DNA of 64,000 nt. Source: Callorhinchus milii. Lineage: Eukaryota. Made by a program: the position numbers and the translations under genes. Numbering within the stretch: the first letter of the stretch is position 1; each line of letters opens with the position of its first letter. The stretch is taken from the NCBI RefSeq assembly GCF_018977255.1, contig NW_024704742.1, positions 102,116,001-102,180,000 of the forward strand, in the 5' to 3' direction. Shown here piece by piece: positions 51,986 through 64,000 of the stretch. A model generated the notes under the pieces. That model saw only the letters and a list, made by a program, of their open reading frames with translations, made no database searches and had not been told where the DNA came from.

Positions 51986-54220
51986 CGATTTAATTTGATC
52001 ATTTAGAAATTCTGTAATTCCATGTGTTGCATTAGGATATCTGTTAATGCTCTGAAATGGACCCCACTGAATTCATTTTTTTCAATGTATAATTACAAAA
52101 TGAATGTAGAATGGACCATTGTAACTACAGGGCATTGGGACTGAATACGCAACATGGTACTCGCATTTCAGTGCAGGCACTCGAGTGGAACTTATTGAGA
52201 AATTGTTCTACAGTATTTTGTGAAACACTCATGAAACTTTATGAAAGGACTAAAAACAATGAAACTGTTGTGTTTGTTTTGAATTCTCAGAAGAAAGAGA
52301 AGGCGATGCAAAAGTGGCAGCTATTAATGCTTTTTTCCATGAAAGAATTTTAATCATTGTTGATTGCCTCACCCTCTGGTAATGAAAATGTCATTACCAG
52401 CCCTAGGTGACAGATTATAAATGACGCTTTATTTCCATTGCTCTAGTTCCCGGCAGCAAATATGTGGGAAAAGCGATCCAGATTGTCTTAAATATTTGTA
52501 ATGTTTTCTCATCCATCCACTTGTTTCAATCGCCTGTTAAACAAGCAGGAATATCATTCCATTAAAAAGCTTGACGGTCATGGAATGGTTAAAAGCTTGA
52601 AGCTTGATGGAATGGTTAAAAATTGGTACCATTGCGATATGGACTGTGTAATGCATTGTTCAGAATGGGGAAAGTTTGTATGTATAAACGATAGGTATCA
52701 AGAACTATCAAACAGTTCAGAGCTCTTCTCTCTGAAGAAGAGATGGTTGTGAGAGGAGCTGATAGAGGTATTTAACATTATTAAAGGATTCAGTAAGATT
52801 GAGCATCAAAGCCAGATGTTACTCCTATTTTGAAGAAGGTAACAAAAGTGACCCAAGGAACTACAGACCAGTAAGTTTGACGTCCATTGTGGATAAAATT
52901 ATGGAGACTTATTAAGGATAAAATCATGGAGCATCTGGGCAGAAATAAAATCATACATGATAGTCAATATGGGTTCATGAAGGGAAGGTCTTGCCAATCT
53001 AACTTACTGTTTTTCTTTGATGGTGTGACAAGGGAGCTTGATAAGGGTAAGGCTGTGGATGTTGCATATCTGGATTTCAGTAAGGCTTTTGATACAGTTT
53101 CTCTTGAGAGGCTGGTACTGAAAGTAAAGAAAGCAGGAATCAGTAGAGGTATATTACAATGGATACGCAATTGGTTGACCGGAGGAACACAAAGGGTAGT
53201 GATACAGGGAATATCATCATACTGGGAAAATGTTACCAGTGGAGTTCTATAAGTTTTGGGACTTCTTTGTTTAATATTTTTATAAATGATCTGCAACTAG
53301 GAGTCGCAAGCACAGTGGCTAAGTTTGCAGATGAGACCAAGCTAATGAAGGTGGTAGATTGCGAAGCTGAACAAGATAGGTTAAAGAAGGATTTGAACAT
53401 ACTTGGGAATTGGGCAGATCGTTGGCAGATGAGATTCAATGTGGAGAAATGTAAAGTACTTCACATAGGGACAAAAATTCCTGGAAGGGACCATTATTTG
53501 AACCGAAGGAAAGTAATATATATGGAAAATGAAAAGGACCTGGGGATCCTGATTAACAATAAATTGAAGCCCTCCGAACAATGTTCTGTGGCAGTGAGTA
53601 AAGCAAACCAGATGTTGGGATGCATCAAAACATCAATAGCAAACCGAAATAGTGGGGTAATCCCGCCACTGTATAAATCATTGGTGAGACCATACTTAGA
53701 GTACTGTGTACAGTTCTGGGCGGCGCAGTACAAAAAGGATATTGGAGAAATCAAGAAGATACAGAGGAGGGCAGCCAAAATAATTGAGGGAATGGAAAGA
53801 CTGGACTATGAGGAGCGACTAAGTAAATTGGGCATGTTCACACTGGAAAAGAGAAGATTGAGAGGCGACCTGATTGCTGTCTTTAAGATTCTAAAGCGGC
53901 AAGACAATATAGATCATGACAGGCTGTTTTAACTTGTCTAGAATATTAAAACCAGGGGACATGGCCTGGGATTGAAGGGGGTAGATTCAGGACAAATGTA
54001 TCCAAACACTATTTCAGTGAGCGGATAGTGAACCTGTGGAACAGGCTCCCTAGAGTGACGGTTGAAGCAGGAAGTGTTGATTCTTTCAAACACAGATTAC
54101 AGCAACAACAATTTGAATTTATATAGTGCCCTCCATGCTGGACGGCATCACAGCGCACTTTTTAGATTAGATTAGATAGTTTTCTTTTACGAAATAACGT
54201 TATGGGATATAGTACGTAGG

Positions 54221-54461
54221 TACAAATCACAAAATACTGCAGATGCTGGAAATCTGAAACAAAAACAGAGCGAGCTGGGAAAACTCAGCAGGTCAGGCAG
54301 CTCTATGGAGAAAGGAAAGTGAGTCAACGTTTTGGATCCACGACCCTTCTTCAGAACCGTTCTGACGAACGGTCATGGATCTGAAACGTTGACTCACTTT
54401 CCTTTCTCCATAGATGCTGCCTGACCTGCTGAGTTTTCCCAGCTCTCTCCACTTTTGTTTC
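54221..54461. mobile_element. 241-bp palindromic insertion, probably derived from a Penelope-like element terminal repeat
   Basis: Inverted arms 54256-54356 and 54358-54461; 12-bp TSD atagtac(g/a)tagg at 54209-54220 and 54462-54473. Confidence 0.8.
54358..54392 (+). ncRNA. Minimal hammerhead-ribozyme-like motif (type I geometry), possibly decayed
   Basis: gtt-CTGACGA-a-cggtc-atg-gatct-GAAA-cg-TT-gac; a mirror copy on the minus strand (54322-54356) reads CTGAAGA...gatcc-AAAC and lacks G12. Confidence 0.55.
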
Positions 54462-55089
54462 ATAGTACATAGGCAGTTTGGGACAATGGTGCATGCGGCC
54501 ACCAGGAAGGTGGAAGGCAAACTAGATGGACTTTAGCCTTTTTTCGTCTAACCTTTCTTATGTTCTTATATTAATCCATTGTTTGCAGTTGCTGGTAAAT
54601 CAAAAACAAGGGGCATAAATACAAGGTTGCCCGTAGCAGATCTAAAAGGCAGTTTAAGATGAATGTCTTTGTGCAGAGAATGGCAATAAAGTCGGACTCA
54701 ATGCTGGCAGCTGTGGTTGAAAAAGAAAGCAACAACTAGAGGGGATCATCCACATGTGAGGTAGAAGGGCAGAGAGGGGTATGGGAGAGGAGGCTCATGT
54801 GGAGTAAAACATATGTATGGACTAGTTGGGCTGAATAGCCTATTTCAACCCTGTAATGTTCTTTGTAATCCTATAACTAAATGTGCTTCAACTGCATATT
54901 GGATGCAGCAACTGAGAATTCCTCTCGGGTATGTAAAGTTGTTAGCACCAGACTCCACTATTCACTCTTGGAATTTGATTGTGTTTATGGTCACCTGTTT
55001 CCACTTCCCTCACCATCCTGCTCAGTGTCTGGCTCTGTTTCTTTGAAGCACTCTGAGACATTACCATATGAGAAAGGCTTCGATATAAG

Positions 55090-55370
55090 TGTGTAGCTCA
55101 ATGGTTAGAACACTCGCCTCGTAAGCGGGAGACCTGGGTTCAATTTCCGGTAGAGCAAATCCTTGGGCAAGTTTCCTTACTCCACATGCCTGATAATAAT
55201 CCCTCAAGAAAAAAAACGACAATAAATTGGTCACTTCAATCCACGACTGTTTGTGAGACACTGCTGTGCACAAATGGTATCACGTGTTACCCACAAATAT
55301 ACAATCAATTCACTTTACAGTATATTCTATCAAATGCAAGAATTATTATTATTATAAATGCAAGTTCTGG
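55090..55370 (+). mobile_element. SINE of the young family, more diverged, with a deletion in the tail
   Basis: tgtagctcaatggttagaacactcgc...gggttcaatttcc...ttgggcaagtttccttactcc. Confidence 0.85.
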
Positions 55371-57414
55371 TCATTGTTGATAATTCTGATCTGATAACAT
55401 ATAATCACATTTTTCACCCCGCAGTTCTGTTAAATATTCTTTTGATGTTTTAAGAATCAGGATTTACTCTTGAGGGATTATGCAATGCAATTAGTTAGAA
55501 TCCTGGCATTTCATTTCTGGGGCTTGGAATCAAGAATCATTTCAGGCTGTTATTGAAAGAGGTCTGAATCCCATACCTGGCAGTTTAGTGGGGAAGCACC
55601 TATCACCCAGTCTCTAACCTTACTCCTGTGTGCCTGGCCACCCAAGTGGCGGAGGTATTCATTCAAGTCAAGTTCCTAAATGTATTTGGATTGCATTTAT
55701 ATCCCTGCCAATTTCACTATGATAATATATGTATCCAATCCATGATAATAATGTAATGGGAAAGCATAATTGGATTGATACCTAGTTATCCATTAGTTAG
55801 TATTGACCTATGCCTTTAGTAGTCTAGCAGTTGGTATAATACAGCATCTTGCAGTTCAGTTGCAGAGATACATGGTTACTGGCCAGCAGTATTGCCAGGA
55901 GTCCCTGATCACAGTGATGGTAGCGATTGTGTCCTCTGGCATATACTTTAGTCTGTGGTAGTCTTGTTCCAGACAGGACCCATGTTAGTGACAGTCTGGT
56001 ATGTATCTGAGCTCCTCAGAGGCTGGTTCTGGCAAGCAGCCAAGTGCTGACAGCAGCGATTGGGTTGAAAATGTAGTGTGTCTCATGGCAGTATCCTTGA
56101 GTAAAAGTGAAAGCATAGTCAGGAGACAATCAAAACACAGGATTGTCTCAATTATTAGATTGTCTATAACACAATAATGCAATTACGGATCATTTTATGC
56201 CACTAAATAAATTGTGAAACTTCCAGGTTTGATTATGTTTTCACCTTTCATTTAATAATGCTGTCCCATTGGAATAAAAACATCAAATTAAATTTGGAGT
56301 TTTATCTTTGACTTGTTCTGATTTAGAATTAGCTGAAATTATAACTTATTATAATACGTTTGCTTAAATTATTAGCAAACTGTTCATTAAGTTTGAAGCA
56401 AACATCATATGCACAATTAATGATAAGTAAACATCAAGAATGTTTGGTGAAATATTAGGTATTATGCATGAGGGAAATAAGGAACAGACGCCAAGTAGTG
56501 AATCCTTTTAAGCCTATCTGAAGAGCCTGTCTAATGTGACTCAGTAGCTAGTTGCAATCCCAGCAGCTGCTTGAGGTGCTACATAGTCAAGTCTCGCAAG
56601 TTTGCTTGAAGTTTATATTGGGACATTCTCCTAGCAATGATTGGCTCAGTTGCCAGTGCTTCACTCAGTTGTTGCGAAGTCTCCATTGTGAGGTTACTTC
56701 ACTCAACTTTGCAATGCATCTTGGCAACAACAATCATGCAAAGGAGCTTGAGTGAATGTGGCAAACCACATAGTACTGTCCCCAGTCACAGCTAGATTGT
56801 CAGTATGGATAGTTAATAGAACAATGGGAGAATAGAGGGAATTAGATTTAGAATCAAATCAAGAAAATTGTGTGAGTTATTCTCAAGCCACTGTGAAAGA
56901 TGCCCAGAATGTCCTTCAATCATTTCCACTTTCTCACACACTTATATTTAAACTTTTAAATTACCATTCATTGGCATACCTAGACAATCCCAAGGGGATA
57001 ATAATCTATGCTATAACCCTGGGAATTTTGATCTCTTCCAAACCACAGCTCAACTCACTATTATATCTCCCTGTCATTCCTATGGCAACATTAGCTTGAG
57101 GCAATGTCAGTATATTCTTGCAATCTTACAGTCATATGCTAAGGAAAGATTTGTCCAGTACCTGGGGAGATCCATTCCTTTGGATCCCAAGCAATCAGGA
57201 AATTTTTAAATAGTTTCACAGGAATGCAGATGTTGTGCATTGTTGACAGATATTGTCTCAAAATCATTTAAAAAGTAAAATTCTAACATTAAAAAGCTGG
57301 TCTAGTGACTGGGGAGCAAAATTTTGGCCCTCACTGAAAATTAAAACATTGCAGGCAAGTTGATGTGAAAAGTTTGGGAAGAAACCATTCTCTCAAAGTC
57401 AGGGACATTCTCCC

Positions 57415-57677
57415 ACAGTGCACTGTCCCTGTCTTGCCCTCCATTGGTGGCCACACATTCAGCCACTACACGCCAAAACTCTGAAACACTATTCTTCTGT
57501 GCCTCCGTCTTGTCCCCACTTCCCCATCTTCAGGTCGAGCCTAAAGATCTTCCTCTTCGACTGTGCCTATGGTCACTTCCCCCATCCCACCAGCTCGGCG
57601 TTGTGCCGAGCACTGTTAAATGCTCTGGGATACTACCCTATGTGAGGGGCGCTATATAAATGCAAGTTGTTGTTGTT
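57415..57677 (+). mobile_element. Decayed L2 3' end
   Basis: FRSSLKIFLFDCAY; ggcgctatataaatgcaagttgttgttg. Confidence 0.7.
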
Positions 57678-58042
57678 ATCCTTAATGTAAGGACAGTTTC
57701 TAGTTAATGAAGTGCTCCCTGATTATCTCGTATTCGGAATACCTCAAATTTGGTCCCATATTTATTTACAAAAATGTTCACTCTGTGTATTAGATTCTAT
57801 ACAATCTTAATGTTGTTTTCTATTTCAACTCATGCTGTGTCGTTCTTTGATGCTTTCATAAAGTTTGTCATAATAACAAGCATAAAGGAAAACACATGAA
57901 TCTAGAGATGTATATTTAATAGTTCACACTGCTGCTGGTTAAGAACAATTAATAGCTTTCTAGTGCTATCTTAATCCAGCAATAACTTTTCTCTGCCCAT
58001 TCTTCCCTTCCTCTCCTAAAGGTGCTGACAAATTGTTGTAAG

Positions 58043-58366
58043 TAATAATAATAATCCTTGCATTTGATATAGCACCTTATCACGTCTTCAAGACTTCCCA
58101 AAGCGCTTCACAGAATATACGGTACAGTGAATTCACTGTATATTTGTGGGCGAAATGCGGCAGCCAATTGCTCACAGCAATGTTCCACAAAAAGTCATGG
58201 ATTGAGTGACCAATTTTTTTTGAAGGAATTATTACCTCGCGGAAAAACAATCTGCCAATTGACAAACAACCAGGTTCCTATCTACTGCTAGGTAAACAGA
58301 GGCGTGTGGAGTAAGGAAACTTGCCCAATGTTTCGCCCTGCTGGGAATCGAACTCAGGTCTCTCAT
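58043..58366 (-). mobile_element. SINE long form, truncated within the tRNA head
   Basis: Tail, core and long-form segment present; ends at aggtctctc. Confidence 0.88.
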
Positions 58367-58678
58367 TAATAATAATAATCCTTGCATTTGATATAGCGCT
58401 TTTCACGTCTTCTAGACGTCCCAAAGCGCTTCACAGAATATACTGTAAAATGAATTTACTGTATATTTGTGGGCGAACGCGGCAGCCAATTGCGCACAGC
58501 AGTGTTCCACAAACAGTCATGGATTGAAAATGACCAATTTATTATTGTTTTTTTTTGGAGGGATTATTATTAGGCGTGTGGAGTAAGGAAACTTGCCCAA
58601 GGTTTTGCCCTGCCTGGAATTGAACTCAGGTCTCTCACTTGCAAAGCAAGTGCTCTAACCACTGAGCTACAGGACTCC
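58367..58678 (-). mobile_element. Young full-length SINE, short form
   Basis: Near-identical to 4298-4623, with stem-loop variant acgtct-aga-agacgt. Confidence 0.92.
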
Positions 58679-59956
58679 ACAATTCACAGTTCAATGGGTG
58701 CTGAACTCCATCCAACAACATGCCTAAGTGGTCATACTTAATACATGAGTCATGTCAGGGAGTTTCAAATGCCAATTTGACTATGGAGACACTTTCTAAC
58801 ATTGGGCCCTGGATAGTGATCAGAAGCAGGAATCTGGGCTTATTATTCCCTTATTAAGCCTATGGGCATTGAAGTCAATTGTACTATTGCAATTTTTACC
58901 CCTACTGAGTTAAGTTGCTCAATATAGACAGGAGATTGAATCTAGATCTTCCAGTCTTCAGCTCCACTCTTTACATTAACCACTGTGTACATTCGCCCAC
59001 AAATACACAGTCACTCCACTTCACAGTATATCCTGTAAAATGCTTTGGGATATCCTCCTGACATGAAAAGGGCCATACCAAATGCAAGGATTCTTATCTC
59101 CAATCCAGAGCCATGGGACTTGGTCTCTGATGGGATGCCAGGTTTGTGTTGATGTCCTGAGACTCAACACAAACCTGTACATTAAAGATCCCATAGCATT
59201 ATTCAAAAAGAGAACAAATAAAATTAGTTGTTCACCATTAATATCTATACACAAAGATGTTTGAGTATCCAGCAAATCAATATGAAGCAAAATGATTTAC
59301 ATAAGTTATGTTGAATCTACAGCACTGACGTACAAGGAATTTCCAGAAGGAAACATTGTTTACATCGTTGGTACTATACCTGATGATTCCATTGGAGAAC
59401 CACTGAGCCATTGGAGAAGAGGGATCACTTTATTTAGTATCATGCTTGTTCTTCGCTTATAGCCATTACTTGTGTTGTGAGATCTCATATGTTCCTACGT
59501 CAGGGTGAGAATAGTTTCCTCAGACTTTTTTCCCCAGCGCTACAGCCTGCCATCCACCTGTTTCTTTCTAATCTGATTATCTCACAGCTGCTGTACAAAT
59601 TGACACATGTTACAATCCAAAAATAACGCACAATTCCCCTTTGCCTCTTTGGTGTTGTATTTTGAACTTTACAAAACATGTGGATTCCATCCAAGTGTCG
59701 TTTAATAAACAGTTGTCCATCAAAGTAAACTATGCAACCATCTCTTTTTTACATTGGGTCTGTAGGATTGTTATTTGCTGAACACCACACTGGACACATA
59801 CAACTTGCAAATAAGAGAGAGAAAGAAATAGATGGGCATGGGAGGGGGTGAGGAGAGGGGAATAGAATCGGTGGATGCCCACCTGGAGTATAAACACTGG
59901 CATGGACTCCTTGGACAGAATGTTCTGTTTCAATGCTGTAGATTCAATGTAACTTG

Positions 59957-60070
59957 TGTTTCGTCCACAAATATACAGTCAATTCACTTTATAATCTATT
60001 CTGTGAAGCGCGTTGAGATGTCGAGAAGACGTGAAAAGCGCTTTATCAAATACAAGGATTATTATTATTA
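59957..60070 (+). mobile_element. SINE 3' fragment
   Basis: cacaaatatacagtcaattcacttt...gacgtgaaaagcgc...aaggattattatt. Confidence 0.8.
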
Positions 60071-61139
60071 TAAATCATTTTGGCTCATATTGATTTTCTG
60101 GATACTCAAATATCTTTGTGCGCAGATATTAATGGTGAACGACCAATTTTATTTGTTCTCTTTTTGGATAATGCTATGGGATCTTTAATGTACACCTGGA
60201 CAGTACCTCGGTTTAATGGATCATCAGAAAGACAACATAGTGCTCCCCAGCTGGAGGTGGCTCACAGAACCGCCAATAAAGATTCTCCACCACTGGTCTA
60301 GTCTATATGGGTCCTCCTGATGTAATTTGTTGTTGTTGTTGCGCCAGGTCCCAACATGAGGTTTGAACCTGTTACCTTCTGACTCAAAGACAATAGTGCT
60401 ACAAACTGAGCCTGACTTACACAAGAATCCTATTCCTGATGCTTTCCCACATTGTTTAATATTAAATTCCCTCAAACCTTCATTCAATTCCCTCTTAAAT
60501 ACTGATATGGACTTTTATCAAATCAATGGACATTTGTTCCCCACTTTCTTGTCTTTCAACATGTTCCACTCCACATTTAGCCTAAAATCGGCATGATATT
60601 CTAATACCCCATCAGACTGTAATCTTATCGTTTACAAGATGAGAAGAATAATGAATGAAAGGCATATGACAAATATTATCTTATTCTATTCAATGTCTGT
60701 TTATACATTTATTACATGTACACGGAGTACGAAAGCCTTGAAGTGAAATATTCATGTCTAATACATATCTAAATGCTCTGCAGATTTACTATTTCATAAG
60801 TCTGAGGGAATGTATTTCCAAGTGTTGTGCATTAGGGCTTTTAATAGAGAAATTGTTTGTATAAAGTGAAATGATATATACATGAGGGAAAGTTAAACCC
60901 AATCAGTGCTCAGTTGTACATTTCACAGTTGAGCACCTCAACAGTAGAAAATGAGTCTCTTGGCACATTAGAATTTTGCACAGTTCTCTACAGTCAAAAG
61001 CCAAATATCTTGCAGGTTAAAACTAGGTGGGATTTGGGTCTTTTTGACTTAAAATTGAATTCCACATAATCATGTTCTGTCTTAATTTGGAAGTTGGTCC
61101 TTTTTAAAAACCATGGAAAATCAACTTTCACATTAAAAC

Positions 61140-61370
61140 AATTTCCATTTGCATATAGTGTCTTTCATGTTGGAAGGATGTCTCAAAGTGCTTCACAGGA
61201 TTTTATTGTAACATGTAGTGACTGTATATCTTGTAGATAAACATGGCATCCACTTTTCACACAGTAATATCCCACAAACAGCCATGAAACGAAAGACCAA
61301 TTTTATTTTGGGGATTGTTGAGTCAGGACGTCATGAGAAACTTCCTTCACTTTTTGAATCGTGACATAGA
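61140..61370 (-). mobile_element. Old Deu-domain SINE 3' half
   Basis: tctttcatgttggaaggatgtctcaaagtgcttcacagg...cccacaaacagccatgaa. Confidence 0.65.
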
Positions 61371-62859
61371 GTGGAACTATCCCAGTAAAATAAACATAGA
61401 GTCAGACATTTTCAGGAACGGATTATGGGAGAAAAATAGCAAAGTAAAAAAAAGAAGTAATGTAATTCTTTAAAGTATTAAACCAAATGTCAAGCAAAAA
61501 CAACTTGCAGACTCACATTCTGCAGCTTATGTTTTACTGAAGAAACAGAAATAAAATAAAGTATGTCTTTTAAAATGGTACGATCAGGTTCAGAGAGCAA
61601 ATTAATAAGCTTTATTCTTACTCTTAGAAGTTAGGTTGTGGATAAATCCAACAAGCGTGACAGTAATGGCTTTTATTCAGAGATTATGTCTCATCTGTTT
61701 ATCAGAAATGACATTCAGTCACTCTTGATATTCTGTTTCTTCTTGATTAACCTAAAGTTCGATTGAACCTTGTGATCTAAATTCATTGTGCAACACAGGG
61801 ACTGATCTTTAATGTTTGTTAGATGTTCCTTTAGAGGTGTTCTGCATGTGAGATTTTGATGTTGGAATGAAGAAACTGCAAAAGGTAAAACAAGCAGATC
61901 CATAATGAACCATTTCGCTTTCAATCTCATTTACTCTCTTACTGTTCTTGTTATTTTCATTAATATAATGCCACTTATTAATGTACAAAACTGTCCCGAA
62001 CAATTCTTACTGATTTTTCTATCCCGTTTTATTCTCTGTGTTGCTAACTGAATATTTGCTATTCCGGATTTGGTCTGCTGGCGCATTTCTGGTATCTTAC
62101 CCATTTGATTTATCTATCGATAAAGAGAAGGGAGGTTCTCCCAGTGTCTGGCCAAAAATTCCCCCAATAAAAATGGTTATTTCACTTCATGGCTTTTTGT
62201 GGGACGTTGCTGTGTGCAAATTGGCTGCTGCATTTTCCTACAAATATGCATCACTAAATTTCACAGAAAATCGTGTGAAGCATTTTGAGACATGAAAGGT
62301 ATTGTATCAAACAGAAAGAGTATTATTCTTTATTATAATCAATCTGGATCTCTCAGCTCTCTTCTTTTTCTATTTCTTGAACTTATTCCTGTAACTTGAT
62401 GAATTTTACATTTCGCAGTCTTTGATCTCGTAGTCCAGTGTGTTAATGCATCCCAATGACCTCCGAGTTTTGGGCTGTTTCTATCTAACTCTATTTCATG
62501 ATCTACAGTGCTAAGACCAGCTCACTGACTCAGATACCTTTGTGACACCACAGCAACTGCTGCTATGGTGCTTTGCATTGATTTTAAATCATCGACAATT
62601 TGAGTATGCAAGAAATTATTGAGAACCGTGAAAATGAATACCCAAATTTATTTTGCAGTAGAATCACAAAGGTAAGTTCCGAAGCTAATTTTTCACCTAA
62701 CTTGCAAGTTATTTGAAACTTTTGCTGACACAGGGAGACATGGACAGCATTAAAGGGCAACTTCACAAAGACTTCTCTCAGGTTTCACTGACAGTAAGTA
62801 AATTCCTCACATTCACTTGAGCTTTCAAACAGTTCAAATTAATACAAATCCTGTTTATT

Positions 62860-64000
62860 CAACAACAACAGCAGCAACTTGGATTTATACAGCACCCGCC
62901 ACGCCGGATGGCGTCTCAGAGCACTTCACGGTAACGGATTCCGGGGTCGAGCCAGGGGGAGGGGGAGGAAGGTGACCAAAGACGCAGTCGAAAAGAAAGG
63001 TCTTCAGCCGAGACCTGAAAATAGGAAGCGAGAGGACGAGGCGAAAAGAGTGAGGAAGGGAGTTCCAGAGCCTCGTGGCATAGTGGCTGAAAGCACAGCC
63101 ACCGAGGGTGGAGCGGAGGACTTGGGGACAAGGAGGAGGTCAGACCCAGAGGAACGAAAGCAATGGGCACTGCTGTGAGGACAGTGGAGGTCAGAGAGGT
63201 AGGGGGGTGCAGAAGAGTGGAGGGATTTTAAGACAAGGGTGAGGATTTTGAAGTCGATCGTCTCTGGGACAGGCAGCCAGTGCAGTCTGGCAAGGACTGG
63301 GGTAATCGGGGAGCGGAGTTTGGTGCGGGTGAGATTGTGGGTGGCAGAGTTTTGTATGACCTGGATTTTATGGATGGTAGTGGAGGGGAGACCGGTGAGG
63401 AGGGCATTTGAATAATCCAGCCGAGAGGTGACAAAGGCATAGACCAGGGTTTCAGTGGCTTTCGGAGAGAGGTATTGGCGGAGACGGGCGATGAGTCGGA
63501 GGTGGAAGAAAGTGGTGCTGGTGAGGGACTGGATGTGAGAGAGGAAGGATAATTGGGGGTCGAACCTGACGCCTAGGTTGCGTACGGGTTCGGAGAGTTT
63601 TAGGGGAGGTCGGGTAGGTGGAGGAGGTGAGAGCCGTGAGATTTTAGATGTTGACGAGAGCCAAAGATTATGGCTTCTGTCTTGTCAACATTCAGCTGAA
63701 AGAAATTTACGCTCATCCAGCTGCTGATGTCTGACAGGCAGGCTGACAGAACATCAGGGGACTGGGGGTCGCAAAGTAAGGTGGAAAAATAGAGTTGGAT
63801 GTCGTCCGCATCCATTTGGAAGTGTACCCCATGTCTGTGGATGACATCCCCAAGAGGGAGCATATAGATCAGAAAGAGGAGGGGGCCAAGGATGGATCCT
63901 TGGGGTACCCTGCAGGGTGAGAGTGGGAGGAGAAGCCGTTTGTGCAGATGTACTGCTGGCAGTTTGTGAGGTAGGACTCGAACCAGGCAATTGCAATCCC
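62860..64000 (-). mobile_element. L2 LINE of a divergent subfamily (RT to 3' end), running off the window
   Basis: PQGSILGP, MLPLGDVIHRHGVHFQMDADDIQLY, FFQLNVDKTEAIIFG, FSHYATRLWN; (TTG)n tail. Confidence 0.9.

Larger units (their letters stand above)
52810..54570 (+). mobile_element. 5'-truncated CR1 LINE of a second subfamily (RT to 3' end) with nested inserts
   Basis: NYRPVSLTS, SQYGFMKGRSC, YLDFSKAFDTV, KFADETKL, LYKSLVRPYLEYCVQFW; frameshifted. Confidence 0.92.

Noticed and set aside
62600..62677. Strong donor AAG|GTAAGT after MQEIIENRENEYPNLFCSRITK
   Set aside because: Stops upstream in all three frames, unrecognised peptide, no supporting exon chain

Overview
Vertebrate intronic or intergenic DNA, most likely from a cartilaginous fish. 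This is inferred from the repeat content: L2 and CR1 LINEs, tRNA-headed Deu-domain SINEs and a Penelope-type hairpin. I could not identify any host protein-coding gene. The centrepiece is a young, apparently full-length single-ORF L2 LINE on the minus strand (26717-30874). It has intact endonuclease and RT motifs and a 7-bp TSD, and it sits antisense inside the endonuclease region of an older L2. Its 5' end is exactly six perfect 88-bp CpG-rich monomers. Each monomer carries a TATA-like box 31 nt upstream of an initiator-like junction with the next monomer, which suggests a promoter array that shortens with each retrotransposition. The long ORF has no in-frame AUG upstream of the endonuclease domain. 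Other points of interest: a 241-bp TSD-flanked palindrome with back-to-back minimal hammerhead-ribozyme-like cores; a partner SINE family sharing a covarying 3' stem-loop with the L2; reciprocal nested insertions into those stem-loops; and three decayed copies of an unclassified, possibly Tx1-derived repeat. All comparisons were made by eye, and coordinates of old repeats are approximate.
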